Assembly (NCBI RefSeq): GCF_035084215.1
Contig: NC_090332.1
Location: 7,068,001 to 7,112,083, forward strand
DNA length: 44,083 bases
DNA from: Heptranchias perlo
Lineage: Eukaryota
Direction of reading: 5' to 3'
Under the pieces are notes generated by a model that worked only from the letters and a program-made list of their open reading frames with translations, was not told the origin of the DNA and did not search any database. Positions 26,467-39,322 of this stretch are shown here, one piece after another; within the stretch, counting starts at the first letter, position 1; every line of letters begins with the position of its first letter. A program made the translations under genes and the position numbers.

Positions 26467-28315
26467 CCAAAAGGAAATTTTTCCTAGAATTTTCACTAGA
26501 AAGACCACCTGATTACAAATCAATTTACCTCAGTTTGCAAATTGGGAAAGAATACTTTAGCACTTCATGGTGCACTTGTACCTAGAGGCTCCCCCCAAAA
26601 AAGTGTAGCCTTAGCCATCCATTTGGATTGCAATACTTCATCTTTGGAATATTCTCACAGTAAATGTCACACCTCTACACACTGTTAGTAATGCTAATAC
26701 AGAAAAGCAAGTGTTTTCTCAGGAATTACTTCATTCCTCCCAAGTTTGAGTTGAGTTGTAGACTTTGAGGTAAACCATTCCACCTTACTGTTACCAAAAT
26801 AAAAGTTTACTTCAGGATATCAGTTACAGTGCTATTCACAATAAGAGGTGCACTGGTGTAAGAGGTTATTACAGTAGTGCTGGATTGAGCAGTTAAATTA
26901 TTCTCCAATAAAAAAAACAAGAGGTAAATAAACTTCCTTTATGAGCAATGATTGCCTTAAAGTACAAAAGATCTGTGACTGAATACTGACACTAGGGTTT
27001 CGTTCAAACTGAATTGTAGACACTTTTTTCTCCTTTGTCCATTTGAACTGTTAAAAACAAATCAGCAATACAAATTGATTTTTCTTTCCAACTGGGTTAG
27101 GTCTTGAGGTAGTGAAAATGGTGATGGGGGCAGGGGAGGGAAGAAGTTAAAGCAGTGACATAAGTGTCAGGGGGGAAGCACACTGGTATAAGTGCAATTG
27201 ATGCCCTCCTTTAGTCTAGGATACAAATACTATAAATAAACCCAATGACAGCATGCACCTTGTGTCTGAACTAGATCAAATCAATTATTAGTACTGTACA
27301 AGCTAATAGCAGAAAGGCTCCAAACTACTGCATTTTGCAACTGAGAACCATGAGTAGACTAACCAGGACCTAAAGAGGCAGCAGATCACAGGCTGCTCTA
27401 TAGCATGCTCCAATGCTATATCTCCATTGACTCACTGTTCTTCACCATGCCCTTTGCACCCAACAGGTACTCAAGTTACAAGCCACTTGTGGGTTGGTGG
27501 AAGGGTGAAGGCACTATCCTAAGTTTAGACTTTAGAAGATATTAAGGCCTCCACTGGATGACATTTACAAATGGCATGAAAGCAACTGCCATCATTGCTC
27601 TAAAACAGGCACAACTTGTAGACTACAGGACATGTCAGCACTATTCTGGGACTTGTTAAAGTATGCCAACTGCAAGATAGATCTGCCAAACTGAAGCTAT
27701 TAAATGTGGGCATTGTTTGAAGGGAAGTGTACCACTTAACTGTGCATGACACTGGAGACAGCAATACAAATCTGGCCAGATGGAGAAGTGCCATTGTATC
27801 CACTCCTGAAATTTGACTTTGGCAGGAATGCAAACAGGTGGTAGCCAATCAGCAGCCTGTTATGCCCCACCCAACTTTTCTTTCTGAAGCCTGTTTTGCT
27901 CTACAGCAAAAGTTGAATGTCACCCACTGTAATTTCATGGCTTAAAAAAGGGGTCTGACAATCAAGCTCTGCTTTCCAAAGCTTGGTGATTATTTCATCG
28001 GTGCTACTGCCTCTTCCTTAGTCCATGTACATCCATCACTGCTCTAGTAAACTCTTAACTCAATCTGTTGGTAATTTACTAAACAAAAAGTGCAAATTTT
28101 ATAGTGGTTTGATTAAATGAAATGTCAAGTGTCCACCACAAATTCATTGGAAAAAAGTTTGCTTTTCACCTTCCAAAAGACTAGGCAACTTTTTGGACTT
28201 TGTAGCACTTTAGGAACTACTTCTGTGCAGTACAGACTGACATGAGGCAAGAGATAGATACTCTGAAATGCAATCAGGAAAAGTCTCTCGCCAGGCTCCA
28301 ACCTCCTTGAATTCC

Positions 28316-28493
28316 CTAGGAACCTGAACAGCCTGCACCAAACATCTCCTGGGATGCATAGGACATGTAGAGGAAGCCATCAGAATCCTTGAAATCTTGG
28401 TCCAACTCAGCAATAGTAGTACACATATTTACTAGACTTCTGTTCTTCACCACAAGGTAAAAAGCTTGATTAGATGACAGAGCCAACCGGTTC
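28316..28493 (-). CDS. MAP1LC3C: MAP1LC3C-like exon 4, stop TAG at 28318-28316
   Basis: ccctttcctcag| acceptor; NRLALSSNQAFYLVVKNRSLVNMCTTIAELDQDFKDSDGFLYMSYASQEMFG-AGCSGS*; ATG8 DGFLY..YASQE.FG motif; spliced CDS 399 nt = 132 aa with the conjugation Gly at 126. Confidence 0.95.
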
Positions 28494-28607
28494 CTGAGGA
28501 AAGGGCAAACATTAGTAAGAAAACTACATTGTGTACCTCAATCATATCCAAATCCAATGGGATATGGATTTTTAATATACCAAACAAGTAGACCCCAGGA
28601 GTAGTAT

Positions 28608-29012
28608 TATAGAATGTACAACACAGAAATAGGCCATTTGGCCCAACTGGTCTATGCCAGTGTTTATTCTTCACACATGTCTTCATCGAACCCCTTCTCA
28701 TTTATCTAGCTTTCCCTTAAATACATCTATGCGATCTGCCTCAACTACTCCATGTGGTAGCAAGTTCTACATTCTAGGTAAAGACATTTCTCCTGAATTC
28801 CCTATTGGACTTATTGATGACTATCTTATATTTGAGCCCTAGTTTTAGTCTACATCTACCCTATCAAACCCTTTCATAATTTTAAAGACCTCACCCAGGT
28901 CTAGAAAAAAAAGCCCCAGCCTATCTTTCCCAGATTAGAACCTCAGTTCTGGCATCAACCTTGTAATTTTTTTTGTACCATCTCCCGTGCCTCTATATCC
29001 TGTTTATTATAG
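28608..29012 (-). mobile_element. CR1 3' fragment in LC3C-like intron 3
   Basis: tagaat..acagaa..ggccatt.ggccca terminus; reverse-complement similarity to 36015-36320. Confidence 0.75.
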
Positions 29013-29277
29013 CTATTTTTCTGCTAGCCTCACCAGTTGGTAGGAGGCTGACAGAGTTCAATCGCTATAGCCAATAGCCACACCTACTCCTGCACAAAAA
29101 AAACAGGATGTCAACATTGGAAGCAATGTCGATACAGCAGCGAGTTATCAAGAAAGACAAATAGGATGAATACCATTTCATTGTAGTCCAACACTGGACA
29201 GGGCATTTAAAGAGCTGTACCACATGCACAACAGGGTCTGATCACATTTACAAATGGTCATTTTGCACATGTATGAA

Positions 29278-29745
29278 CACCTTGCATTTATATAGCACTT
29301 TTAACAGTAAAATGTCCCAAGGCACTTCACAGGAGCATTAAACAAAATTTGACACCAAGCCACAAGGAGATTAGGACAGGTGACCAAAAGCTTGGTCAAA
29401 GAAGTCAGTTTTAAGGAGAGGGGCAGAGAGGTTTAGGGAGGGAATGTCAGAGCTTAGGGCCTAGGCAGCTGAAGGCACAGCCACCAATCAGGGATGTGCA
29501 AGAGGCCAGAATTGGAGGAGCACAGAGATCTGAAAGGGTTGTAGGAGGTTACAGAGATAGGGAGGGGCAAGGCCATGGAGGGATTTGAAAACAAGGGTGA
29601 GCATTCCCAGACCAGGAGCCATATAGATTAGCAAGCAAAGGGGTGATGGGTGAACAGGGCTTGGTGAAAGTTAGAATACAAGCAGTAGAGCTCAAGTTTA
29701 TGGAGGGTGAACGATGGGAGGCTGACCAGGAGAGCATTGGAATAA
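29278..29745 (-). mobile_element. L2 3' end in LC3C-like intron 3
   Basis: Begins cttgcatttatatagcac on +; antisense PITPLLANL; reverse-complement similarity to 3545-3990. Confidence 0.8.
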
Positions 29746-29863
29746 CATATAAACCCCCATTTCACAACACACATACAAATCCACTGTTGGCAAAACCAGT
29801 AACTAGATGTTGACCAATCTATTTATTAGGCCTGAATGCAACGTTTTATTCGTGGCCTGGTCA

Positions 29864-30128
<265 letters not shown>

Positions 30129-30241
30129 CTATGATAGATGGGGGGGAAAAATTAACAGTTCAAGCTCCCAGAGCAAGTGTGTCTCCTCTTCCACAATAAA
30201 GACAAGTTAAGGTGTTGGTAGCTTAGCACAGGATCACTCAC

Positions 30242-30299
30242 CAAAGGTTTTTCTGTGTTTGAAGCGCTGAGCTCCGTGTGTCCGGTGCACCACCGCCAT
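30242..30299 (-). CDS. MAP1LC3C: MAP1LC3C-like exon 1
   Basis: agtATGG start (A at -3, G at +4); MAVVHRTHGAQRFKHRKTF then G|gtgagt donor; 58 nt. Confidence 0.88.
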
Positions 30300-30467
30300 A
30301 CTCCACACTCCAGTTTTTCCAACCTACCCCTACCTCGTTCCGGCCAGCACCTGGAACGTTAATGAAAGTGCTGGGTAGGTGGTGAACTCCGGACCGGATT
30401 AACCCGTGTTCCAGGAATGAACTGCTAGGCAGATCTCCAACAGCATCTGAGCAGCCAACAGACGCTC

Positions 30468-30520
30468 AATATATAAGCCAATGATTGATACGTGTTAATT
30501 CCAATCGACTTCCGTCCAAT
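30468..30520 (-). promoter_or_regulatory. Possible core promoter of the LC3C-like gene
   Basis: TATATA at 30470-30475, about 170 bp upstream of the ATG, with three CCAAT words (30478, 30501, 30516). Confidence 0.3.
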
Positions 30521-30590
30521 TATAATGACTGAAACTGGCATAGCAACATTTTTTTTAAACAGGTTTAAGACAAAGCAGGATGGCAAAGTT

Positions 30591-31064
30591 CTTTATTCAG
30601 CTTTTTTCCCCCCTTTTATTTTAGACCCCCCTTTTATAAGGGTGTGTTCGTGTGCAGACAACCAATAAACCCAAAATAAATGTCAAATAATAATTTTATT
30701 ACAACGATCCAGGATGCACTCCAGCCCCTGCGGTGCCCACCGGTCGCGGAAAGCCTCGAGCGTACCGGCAGACACCGCGTGCTCCCTCTCCAGGGCCACC
30801 CGGGCGCGGAGAACGCCGCGGAAGAGAGGCAGACCGTCGGAGCGACCGCCCCCGCGGGCCGCGTCTAACCTGGACCTGTGGATAGCCACCCAGGAGCAGG
30901 CCTACGAGGACGTCCACCGACCTGCCCGCCCCACCCCATCCCATCCCACCCTCACCGGGCAGCCAAAGATCAGGAGCGTGGGACTGAAATGCAGCCAGAA
31001 CTTGAGGAGCAGCCCCCTTAAATAGTGGAACAGGGGCTGCAGCCTCCCACACCCTGTGAATGAA
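30591..31064 (-). mobile_element. 5'-truncated Tx1-clade (L1-like) LINE with 14-bp target-site duplication
   Basis: Minus-strand translation RLQPLFHYLRGLLLKFWLHFSPTLLIFG..AIHRSR..LPLFRG..RARVALEREHAVSAGTLEAFRDRWAPQGLEC is a Tx1 ORF2 C-terminus; AGGATGGCAAAGTT at 30577-30590 and 31065-31078. Confidence 0.85.
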
Positions 31065-31429
31065 AGGATGGCAAAGTTGACCTTTTGCTCCAAGGAACAT
31101 GCATTGAATTGGCGAGACTATAAGCTGAAAGTCGAAAGTTTTTTTTTACTTGTGGCTCCGCTGATGACCTCGTAGATAAAGTCACCGTTTGATGCAAAAT
31201 TAAGGCCACACTGTTGGTAGTTTGTGCTGATTGCAAGTTCACAAGATAATTACAGAGGAGTTAAGTCAATTGGCCTTTTTTGTTGCCCCAGTGTCACCAA
31301 ACAGAAACATAAAATCAATGTGACATGTGCCCTTAGGCACCATTAATATAATAAATAAACAAAAAAAATCTAATTAAATAATATGCTTGATAAGCAACAG
31401 AAAAAACACCAATTAAATTATGATTTTGT

Positions 31430-32258
31430 GGTTGATGTAGAGATCAGAGAGTAGGGATAAAGGGGTCATTTTCAGGCTGTCAGGCTGTAACTAGTGAGGC
31501 TTCAGCTATTTACAATCTACATTAATGGCTTAGATGAAGGGACCGAGTGTAATGTATCCAAGTTTGCTGACGATACAAAGCCAGGTGGGAAAGTAAGCTG
31601 TGAGGAGGACACAAAGAGTCTGCAAAGGGATATAGACAGGTTAACTGAGTGGGCAAGAAGGTGGCAGATGGAGTATAATGTGGGGAAATGTGAAGTTATT
31701 CACTTTGGTAGGAAAAACAGAAAAAGAGAGTATTTTTTAAATGGTGAGAAACTATTGGTGTTCAGAGAGACTTGGGTGTCCTCGTACAAGAAACACAAAA
31801 AGTTAGCATACAGGTACAGCATACAATTAGGAAAGCAAATGGAATGTTGGCTTTTATTGCAAGGGGGTTGGAGTACAAAAGTAAGGCAGTCTTATTACAT
31901 CTTTCCTAAAGTGCGGTGCCCAGAACTGGACACAATATTCCAGTTGTGGTCGAACCAGTGTTTTATAAAGGTTCATCACAACTTCCATACTTTTGTACTC
32001 TATACCTCTATTTATAAAGCCCAGGATCCCACATGCTTTTTTAACTGCTTTCTCAACCTGCCCTGCCACCTTCAACGATTTGTGCACATATACCCCAGAT
32101 CTCTCTGTTCCTGTACCCCTTTTAGAGTTGTGCCCTCTAGTTTATATTGCCTCTCCTCGTTCGTCCTCCTGAAATGTATTACTTCGAGATAGACAGATTT
32201 TTGGACTCTAGGGGAATCAAGGGATAATGGGATCAGGCGGGAAAGTGGAGTTGAGGTC
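31430..32258 (+). mobile_element. CR1 LINE fragment interrupted by an antisense CR1 piece (~31895-32185)
   Basis: + strand FTIYINGLD..SKFADDTK..KCEVIHFGRKN; - strand [34 protein letters not shown]; + strand 3' end resumes at ~32186. Confidence 0.85.
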
Positions 32259-32499
32259 TACAAGGTCACTTCTTCGACGCCTCCTTTGAAGGCCGAAAAG
32301 CCCAAGCATCTCCAATCTTTCCTCATACCTCAGACCTCTAACACTAGGGATCAGACTTGTGACCCTTGCCTCCAATGTTTGAATGTCTTCCTTGTGTCTC
32401 GGTGCTCAGAACCGGCCAGAGCACTGTACAGTTTGATCGTAACTTGCTATGACTCGTATTCTACTGTTTGGGGTATGTGGTCCAACATTCCATTGAGTT

Positions 32500-32940
32500 A
32501 CCTGTGGCTCGGTTGGTAGCATTCTCACCTCTGAAGTGAGTAGGTTGTGGGTTCATAGTCCCATTCCAGAGATTTGAGCATGTAATTAGGGGAGTGCTGC
32601 ACTGTCAGAGGTGCCGTCTTTCGGATGAGATGTTAAACTGAGGTCCTGTCTGCCCTCTTAGGTGGACGTAAAAGATCCCATGGTATTGTTTGAAGAAGAG
32701 CAGGGGAGTTCTTCCTGGAGTCCTGGCCAAATTTATCCCTCAACCAACATCACTAAAAAAACAAATTATCTGGTCATTATCTCATTGCTGATTGTGGGAT
32801 CTTGCTGTGTGGAATTCGGCTGCTGCATTTTCTACATTACAACAGTGACTACACTTCAAAATTACTTCATTGGTTTTGAAGTGCTTTGGGATGTCCTGGG
32901 GTTGTGAAAGGCGCTAAATAAATGCAAGTCTTTCCTTCTT
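32500..32940 (+). mobile_element. tRNA-derived SINE with L2-type 3' tail (SacSINE1/DeuSINE-like), near full length
   Basis: A/B-box-like head (tggctcggttggtagc..ggttca..tccca), conserved body, tail gcgctaaataaatgcaagtct; related copies at ~2000-2230, 23993-24170, 36838-37265, 37940-38345 (+) and 40785-41330, 42005-42270 (-). Confidence 0.75.
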
Positions 32941-32977
32941 CTTTATTGGATTTGTTAATTGCTGCTCTCCATTAGTT

Positions 32978-33540
32978 AGAATCATAGAAAATTTATGGCA
33001 CAGAAGGAGGCCATTCGGCCCATCGTGTCCGCGCCAGCTGAAAATGAGCCACCCAGCCTAATCCCACTTTCCAGCACTTGGTCCGTAGCCTTGTAGGTCG
33101 CTTGTTGGACATGTTGGATCTACTAAGACACCATCTCTTTCAACTTCATCCTTAGCTATTACCACACCATTCATGGAGTAAGTGTGTTGTCCATTTTTCC
33201 TCCTTTGTGCATTTGTTGGTATTAAATATCATCTGCCATTGTTCCACCCACTTACATATGTTGACCAACTCATTTTGTAGTTCTTGAGCTAATTCCACAG
33301 CCCCTCCTAGTTTAGAATCTGCTTCAAATTTGACCAGTTTGCACTGAGTTTCTGAGTCCAAGTCATTTTATGTCAATTTGATACAGTAGTGGTCCCAACG
33401 CTGATCCCTGGAGCAATCCACTTGGTACTTCCTTCACCCCTACATAACTCCTCTAACAGGTACCCATTGCTTTCTACCCTACAGCCAGTTTCTTATCCAT
33501 ACCCAAGGTTTATCCTGAACCCCACAGCTTTGAGCTTAGG
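32978..33540 (-). mobile_element. Short CR1 3' terminus (32978-33100) next to an older degenerate CR1 RT fragment
   Basis: gaatcatagaaa terminus; minus translation KLVKFEADSKLGG..KWVEQWQMIFNTNKC resembles KFADDTKLGG..W...WQM.FN..KC. Confidence 0.65.
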
Positions 33541-34049
33541 GGTAGAAATTGATCCTCGTCGTGTCCGTTTTCTGGGGGCAAAAATGACCAATCTCACAGG
33601 GTTATGCCCTGTACCCCAAGGACACCTGAAATACGTCCGAAGCGATATTGACCTCCCAGGTGGTTGTCTTAAACAGGCATTAGGCCCCTTGAAAATGTTA
33701 ATGAGGGACCCAAAACCTATTTAAGGACCTTTCAGTGTAACTACTTACACCTCCAACGCATTGTCCACTTCTGTGCAACCTCGCCTCCACTTCAGTTGAA
33801 ACTCCCAACCGTACTCTCATTACCAGATTCAACATCTCCCACAGTCTCCTCGCCAGCTTCAACTCATCTAAAACTGCTGCCCTCATCCTGTCTTGCACAA
33901 GGTCTCGCCCGCCCATCACTACTATCTCTAGAGACACATGGACCGACTTGTTTATATGACAGCACTGCCTCCAAAGGCACGGCCACTAGGCTTCACTTAT
34001 TTCCACAGCAGGTCCTCAGTTCCTAAAGAGAAAGAGAGAGAGAGAGACG

Positions 34050-34394
34050 GAGCATTATTCACTGATGGATAAAATCTATGATGCCGAATGTGGGAGTCGA
34101 CTTCAGTTTCCACCTCCCGAGTCGCCATCCGTCACCAAAGCAGATTATTTGGAGCCTGATGTCTCCATCGATCTTGTGCCTGTTTAGTGATCGGGGCCTT
34201 TTGATGTTTAGATGGTTCAGAAGGATCTTGGCAAACGTATTCCCAGAAACAGTTCCAGGAATGACAGTTTCCGCAGTCACTCTTACTTCTGTACAATGTG
34301 ACAACGGGGCATCCGATAACTCCAGGGGAATCAGCTTTTCATCTGATCGGCTCAAAGGTTCATAGAAGTGTTTTTGCATAGGCGGCACCACCAT
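34050..34394 (-). mobile_element. Degenerate RTE-like LINE fragment (pre-RT region)
   Basis: Across frameshifts: IPLELSDA / VVTLYRSKSDCGNC / GNTFAKILLNHL, resembling RTE IP.E..DA.IVT.YK.KGD.SDCGNYRGISLL...GK.FARILLNRL. Confidence 0.55.
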
Positions 34395-34682
34395 ACAACA
34401 ACAACTCGCATTTATATAGCGCCTTTAACGTAGTAAAATGTCCTCAAGGCGCTTCACAGGAGCGATTATCAAACAAAATTTGACAACGAGCCACATAAGG
34501 AGATATTAGGACAGCTGACCAAAAGCTTGGTCTAAGAGATAGATTTTAAGGAGCTTGTTAAAGGAGGAGAGAGAGGCGGAGTGGTTTAGGGAGGGAATTC
34601 CAGAGCTTGGGGCGTAGGTAGCTGAAGGCACGGCCGCCAATGGTGGAGCGATGGGAAATCGGGGATGCACAAGAGGCCGGAA
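34395..34682 (-). mobile_element. L2 3' end
   Basis: acaacaacaactcgcatttatatagcgcc terminus; minus translation TIGGRAFSYLRPKLWNSLPKPLRLS. Confidence 0.85.
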
Positions 34683-36014
34683 TACTTGTGTATACATAAG
34701 CTGAGCTAGCTGATCTCAGCTGGGGTAATGGTAGGAACGGTATAATTGGCCTCAGTAACCTGGGGTTGGGAGGGAAAATTGACCAAGTTCCCCCCGTCCT
34801 ACTCACTATCCAACAACAACTGTTTGGCCTCAATTGTGATGCCCCCTTACCCCCGCATTCAAATAATGTGCCGACCCACACTAACACATGAATAGTCACT
34901 GAGGCGAGGCATTGGTGCCTAACTGGTGTCCGTGGAACTATAACCTGGCAAGCAGTTAGTGTCTTCCCAAGCGTCTTGGGATGTTTTACAACCTTAAAGG
35001 CGCTATATAAATGCAAGTTGTTGTTCAGGGGAAGAGGAAGGGGAGCAATTGGATGAGAAAAACACAGAAAAATAAAAGTAAATGTTAACATGGGGTGCTT
35101 CGAAGGTGACACGTTTTAAATATGATATTTTTTAAAAGGTGAAATAACAGGGATCCACCAGGTGGCAGTATAACACCATCTTGCTTTAGGATCAGGGCTG
35201 TGTTTATTCAGGAAGAGGTTAGAGCAATAATAATAACCCAGCATGGAGATGGCCCTATAACATTATGGGGCCAAATCAGCGACCCATGCTGCTATCTGGC
35301 GAGGTTTTTCTCTGCAGTGGAGCAAAATTACTCGTTGTATGTGCAGGGGGAGACAGACACTATTTTCACAGTTAAATGAAGGTTCAGCATCTAGTCCCAT
35401 TCTACTGTGGGATAAGTGTAAGGTTTACCCATGAGGTAGAATTTAATATTTCACCAACAAAAGAAATTACAAGTTAGAAACAGGGTCCCGGATGGGTCAG
35501 CGAGTTTATCCGGTGAGTTTTTTTTTTGGTCACCTAGGTGTCTGTCACGCATCAGCCCTGAGAAATCACAGACTGGCAAGAGCCGAGACTTAGGGGCTCC
35601 CAAGAGTGCATAGGGGTATCGTGGAGTTTAACTGGCTGTAACCATGCTGCTTGCCAGCTTCCTGATGCCTTCCCTAAACCTCTCCTCACTCCACATCTCT
35701 CTTGTCCTTTAAGATGCTCCTTAAAACCTAATCTGTGACCAAGATGGTCCTAATACCTCCTAATGTGGTTCAGTGTAAATTTTTGTCTGATTACGCTCCA
35801 GTTTATCTCTGTAGCTCCCACCAACGAGCTGGTCAGTTTGGTCACTCATCAACAGCGTCCCAGAATACTGTGGACCTGTCTGTCTCAGGTATCGGAATAC
35901 ATGGTCTGCCATGGAGGTGGGACTCTGTTCCAAACTTACGTTGCCCACCATGTCATTTTGGAATCAACTCAAGGCCAAAGAGACCCTGGTGAGTGGCACT
36001 GCCGTACAGCTGTA

Positions 36015-36320
36015 GAGAAGATTTTTCCACTTGTGGGGGAGACCAAGACTATAATATAAGATAGTCGCTAATAAATCCAATAGGAAATTCAGGAGAAATT
36101 TCTTTACCCAGAGAGCGGTTAGAATGTGGAACTTATTACCACATGGAGTAGTTGAGGCGAATAGCACAGATACATTTAAGGGGAAGCTAGATAAACACAT
36201 GAGAGAGAAAGGAATGGAAGGTTATGCTGATAGGGAGGGAGGAGGCTCATGTGGAGCATAAACACCAGCATAGACCTGTTGGGCTGAATAGCCAGTTTCT
36301 GTGCTGTAAATTCTATGTAG
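36015..36320 (+). mobile_element. CR1 3' fragment
   Basis: EKIFPLVGE..RNFFTQRAVRMWNLLP..FKGKLDKHM plus 3'UTR. Confidence 0.8.
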
Positions 36321-37939
36321 AGACAGGGGATTAGAAGTCCCAGGTTCAATCCCCAGTCTGTGCTAAGTAAACAGTAATTTACTTTAGAGCTTCATCAGTA
36401 GACAACAAAACAGAGTTCTAACAAATAAATTCTTATACTACAGAAATCATGAGACAATACTATTCACTAAATACACACTCAAGGACTTTTAATTTATTTA
36501 TTTAACTATTCATATACATAGCTATATATACATATCTATGAATGTATTAAACAAATTGATTTTGAATGTAGTGTTAAGCCCTAGCACTCGCCCCTGCAGT
36601 AAATGCATGCATTCAATACCAGTTCTGATTGTCCACTGCAATACACTGGGCACCACTCCAAGTGTGTTAGCAGGAGGTGCCAATTTCTATCAATGATTGT
36701 GCAGGGAGCTGGCACTGGGCAATGTTATATAGAACGAGGACAAGCAAGCACAGAACAGATTCCGACCAAGGAGAGCGTTGCTGATTGTGACTCCGATCTG
36801 TAGCCTCCCTCCTGTTCCAATCCAAGTCACGGTGTTAGTCGCAGCTCAGTGGTAGCACTCTCGCCTCTGAGTCAGAAGATTGTGCTGCATGTGTCTATGA
36901 TACAGGCTAGGAGGTCCCCCGAGTAGAATTTAGTGCCGAGTTAGCTGATCTCAGCCAGGGCAGAAATAAGGGTACTACAATTACTGCAGGCGAATGTAAA
37001 AGATCCCACAGCACTATTTTGAAGAAGAGCCAGGGAATTCTCCCGGTGTCCTGGCCGATATTTATCCTTTAACCAATATCAGTAAAAAAAACAGATGATC
37101 TGATCATCACCTCATTGCAGTTTGTGGGAGCTTGCTGTCCGTAAATTGGCTGCCGCGCAGTTCCTACATTCCCACACTTCAAGAAATACTTCATTGGCTG
37201 TAAAGCACTTTGGGACCTCTGGGGTTGTGAAAGATGCTATAGAAATGTAAGTCATTCTTTCTTTTCTTTCATTGAACCATACAGTAATGTGAGCCCATGG
37301 ATCCAATTATTTTAGCTCAGAGAAGGACTAACATTGCAGGGATATTGAGTTCGAAGGGGCAGTAGCTGACCTGACAGCTTATTTGGTGAAAGTGGCTGTT
37401 AACTGAGTTGGAGGGTCCCAGGTTCAAAGCCGGTCTGCGCTGAGTTATCTGGAGGGTCAAAATCAGCCACCGTTCTACCCGGTACCTCCTGCTGAAAAGT
37501 GTTGGGAAACAGGTGAGGACTGTCAGAGGGTCGGCTGTTTGCCTCCCATGGTCGAATAGCATGACAACACTGCACTGTCAACACGTAAAGAATGGCCACT
37601 CTGGTGAGGTACCTGAGGGAGGCCAGAGGCCGTTGTGCCTAACACCAGAGAGGAATCAATGCCTTCTGAAGGAGAGGACAACAGGCTGCATTTCATTATT
37701 ATTCTTCTAGCTATAACTCCAGTGTCAAATTACCAGAAGTGTGATCTCGTCCCCCTCTCCCAAACTCCCTTCCCATTACTTTGATGATGACCATTGTTGT
37801 TACTGTCGATACAATAAGTGTGTAAATAAAAGTTCAGATCGGTAATGACAACCAAAGAACATATCTGGGTTCTTGCTATGTCCTGGATCACCATGAGGGA
37901 TCTGTGAAAATGCTGAAGGGGCCTTTATAGCATGGGTAA

Positions 37940-38347
37940 CTGTGGCTCACAGAGTAGCACACTTGCCTCTGAGTCATGAAGGTTGTGGGTTTAAGTCCCC
38001 CTCCAGAGATTTGATGCATATAATCCAGGTGTCTTTTGGATGAGATGTTAATTTGAGGCTCTGTCTGCCCTCCCAGGTGGATGCAAAAGATTCTATGCCA
38101 CTATTTGAAGAAGAGCAGTGTGTCCTGCTTTATATATATATATATATATCCCTCAACTAGTGCCTAAAACAGATAATCTGCCTATTTATCTCATGTACTG
38201 TTTGTGGGACCTTGCTCAGTGCATAATTGGCTACTGCATTTCCTCTATGTTACCAACAATGACTACACTTCAAAAGTACTTTATTGGCTGTAAAGCACTT
38301 TGGGACATCCTGAGGTTGTGAAAGTTGCTATAGAAATGCAAGTCTTT
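37940..38347 (+). mobile_element. tRNA-derived SINE, same family as 32500-32940
   Basis: Colinear head, body and tail. Confidence 0.75.
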
Positions 38348-39076
38348 ATTTAAAAATCTATTTCCTTTGTAAAAGCTATTACTGATTCTGCTTGCAGCAC
38401 GGTCTCTGGCAGGGAACTCCATGTCCTAAATAAACCCTTTCCTTTAAAAATACAATCTCCTAATCTCTCCTTCCTACAGGGAAATTTAATTTTTTTTGGG
38501 GGGGGGGGGGTCAGATGTTTGAGATCGAGATAAGGGAAATAGGATGGGGACTGAAGTGTGACGTGCTGGGACTCTAGTGAGGGATCCTGGAGTAGTTGGC
38601 TGTATGCCCTCTGGAGTTGTTGAGCAGGGACTCGTGTAAACTTCCTTTATGTTAAGAATATCTTTTTTTTTACTTGGGATGCATTTGCAAAGCAGCACTG
38701 GGATTTCCGAAGTCAATGGGCACGGCCCAGGAGCTGATGACGACCAGGGTGTAAATCTGGTCTCACCAATTGAAGGCTGGCTTATGATTTTAGGACAGGG
38801 TGGGGGGAGGTGATCAGAGGGATTGCTTTGAGCAGGTGGCTGGGGCTTAGTTTGCCAGCAAGTATGTTGGGATTGAAGTGTTAAGTGTTTGCTCTCCCAC
38901 TCTACTGTGTGAGCCCAGCTCTCTCTCTCTCTCTCTCTGTGTAAGATACTCACATTAGCCTCTCTCTCTCTGGACACTGAACCTGACCATTTCGTCCAAC
39001 CCCCCCGCTATAGTTAGAGGGGGGAGACCCTGTCAAGCTCCAGGGAGCTGACGGCCAATGCACAGCGGTCTCCACA

Positions 39077-39322
39077 ATGCCCGGGTCCACCCCTGCCCCT
39101 TCGGCCGCTTTCGATCGCTGCAGGGCGGGCGAGAGGCTGCGGGCAGCCCTGGCGGGGCTGCAGGAGCTCGACCTGCTGAAGGAGAGGCAGGGGGAGCTGG
39201 TGAGAAGGGCGCTGGAGATGGAGCACCCCAGAGCGAAGTGCGGCAGGGACGAGAGGAACAGGGAGAGCTACACGGAGGAGCAGCGGCTAGAAGCCACTCT
39301 GAGTGCACTGAAGGAGCAATTG
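39077..39322 (+). CDS. DACT2: Dapper homolog 2-like, coding exon 1 (N-terminal coiled coil); later exons not found in the window
   Basis: acaATG start in a GC/CpG-rich patch; DRCRAGERLRAALAGLQELDLLKERQGELVRRAL and EQRLEATLSALKEQL match the DACT2-type N-terminus; phase-0 |gtaagg donor after 82 codons. Confidence 0.88.

Noticed and set aside
28210-28413. 67-aa minus ORF over LC3C-like exon 4
   Set aside because: Different frame from the ATG8-homologous reading
34059-34394. 111-aa minus ORF as a novel gene
   Set aside because: Better explained as a frameshifted RTE-like LINE remnant
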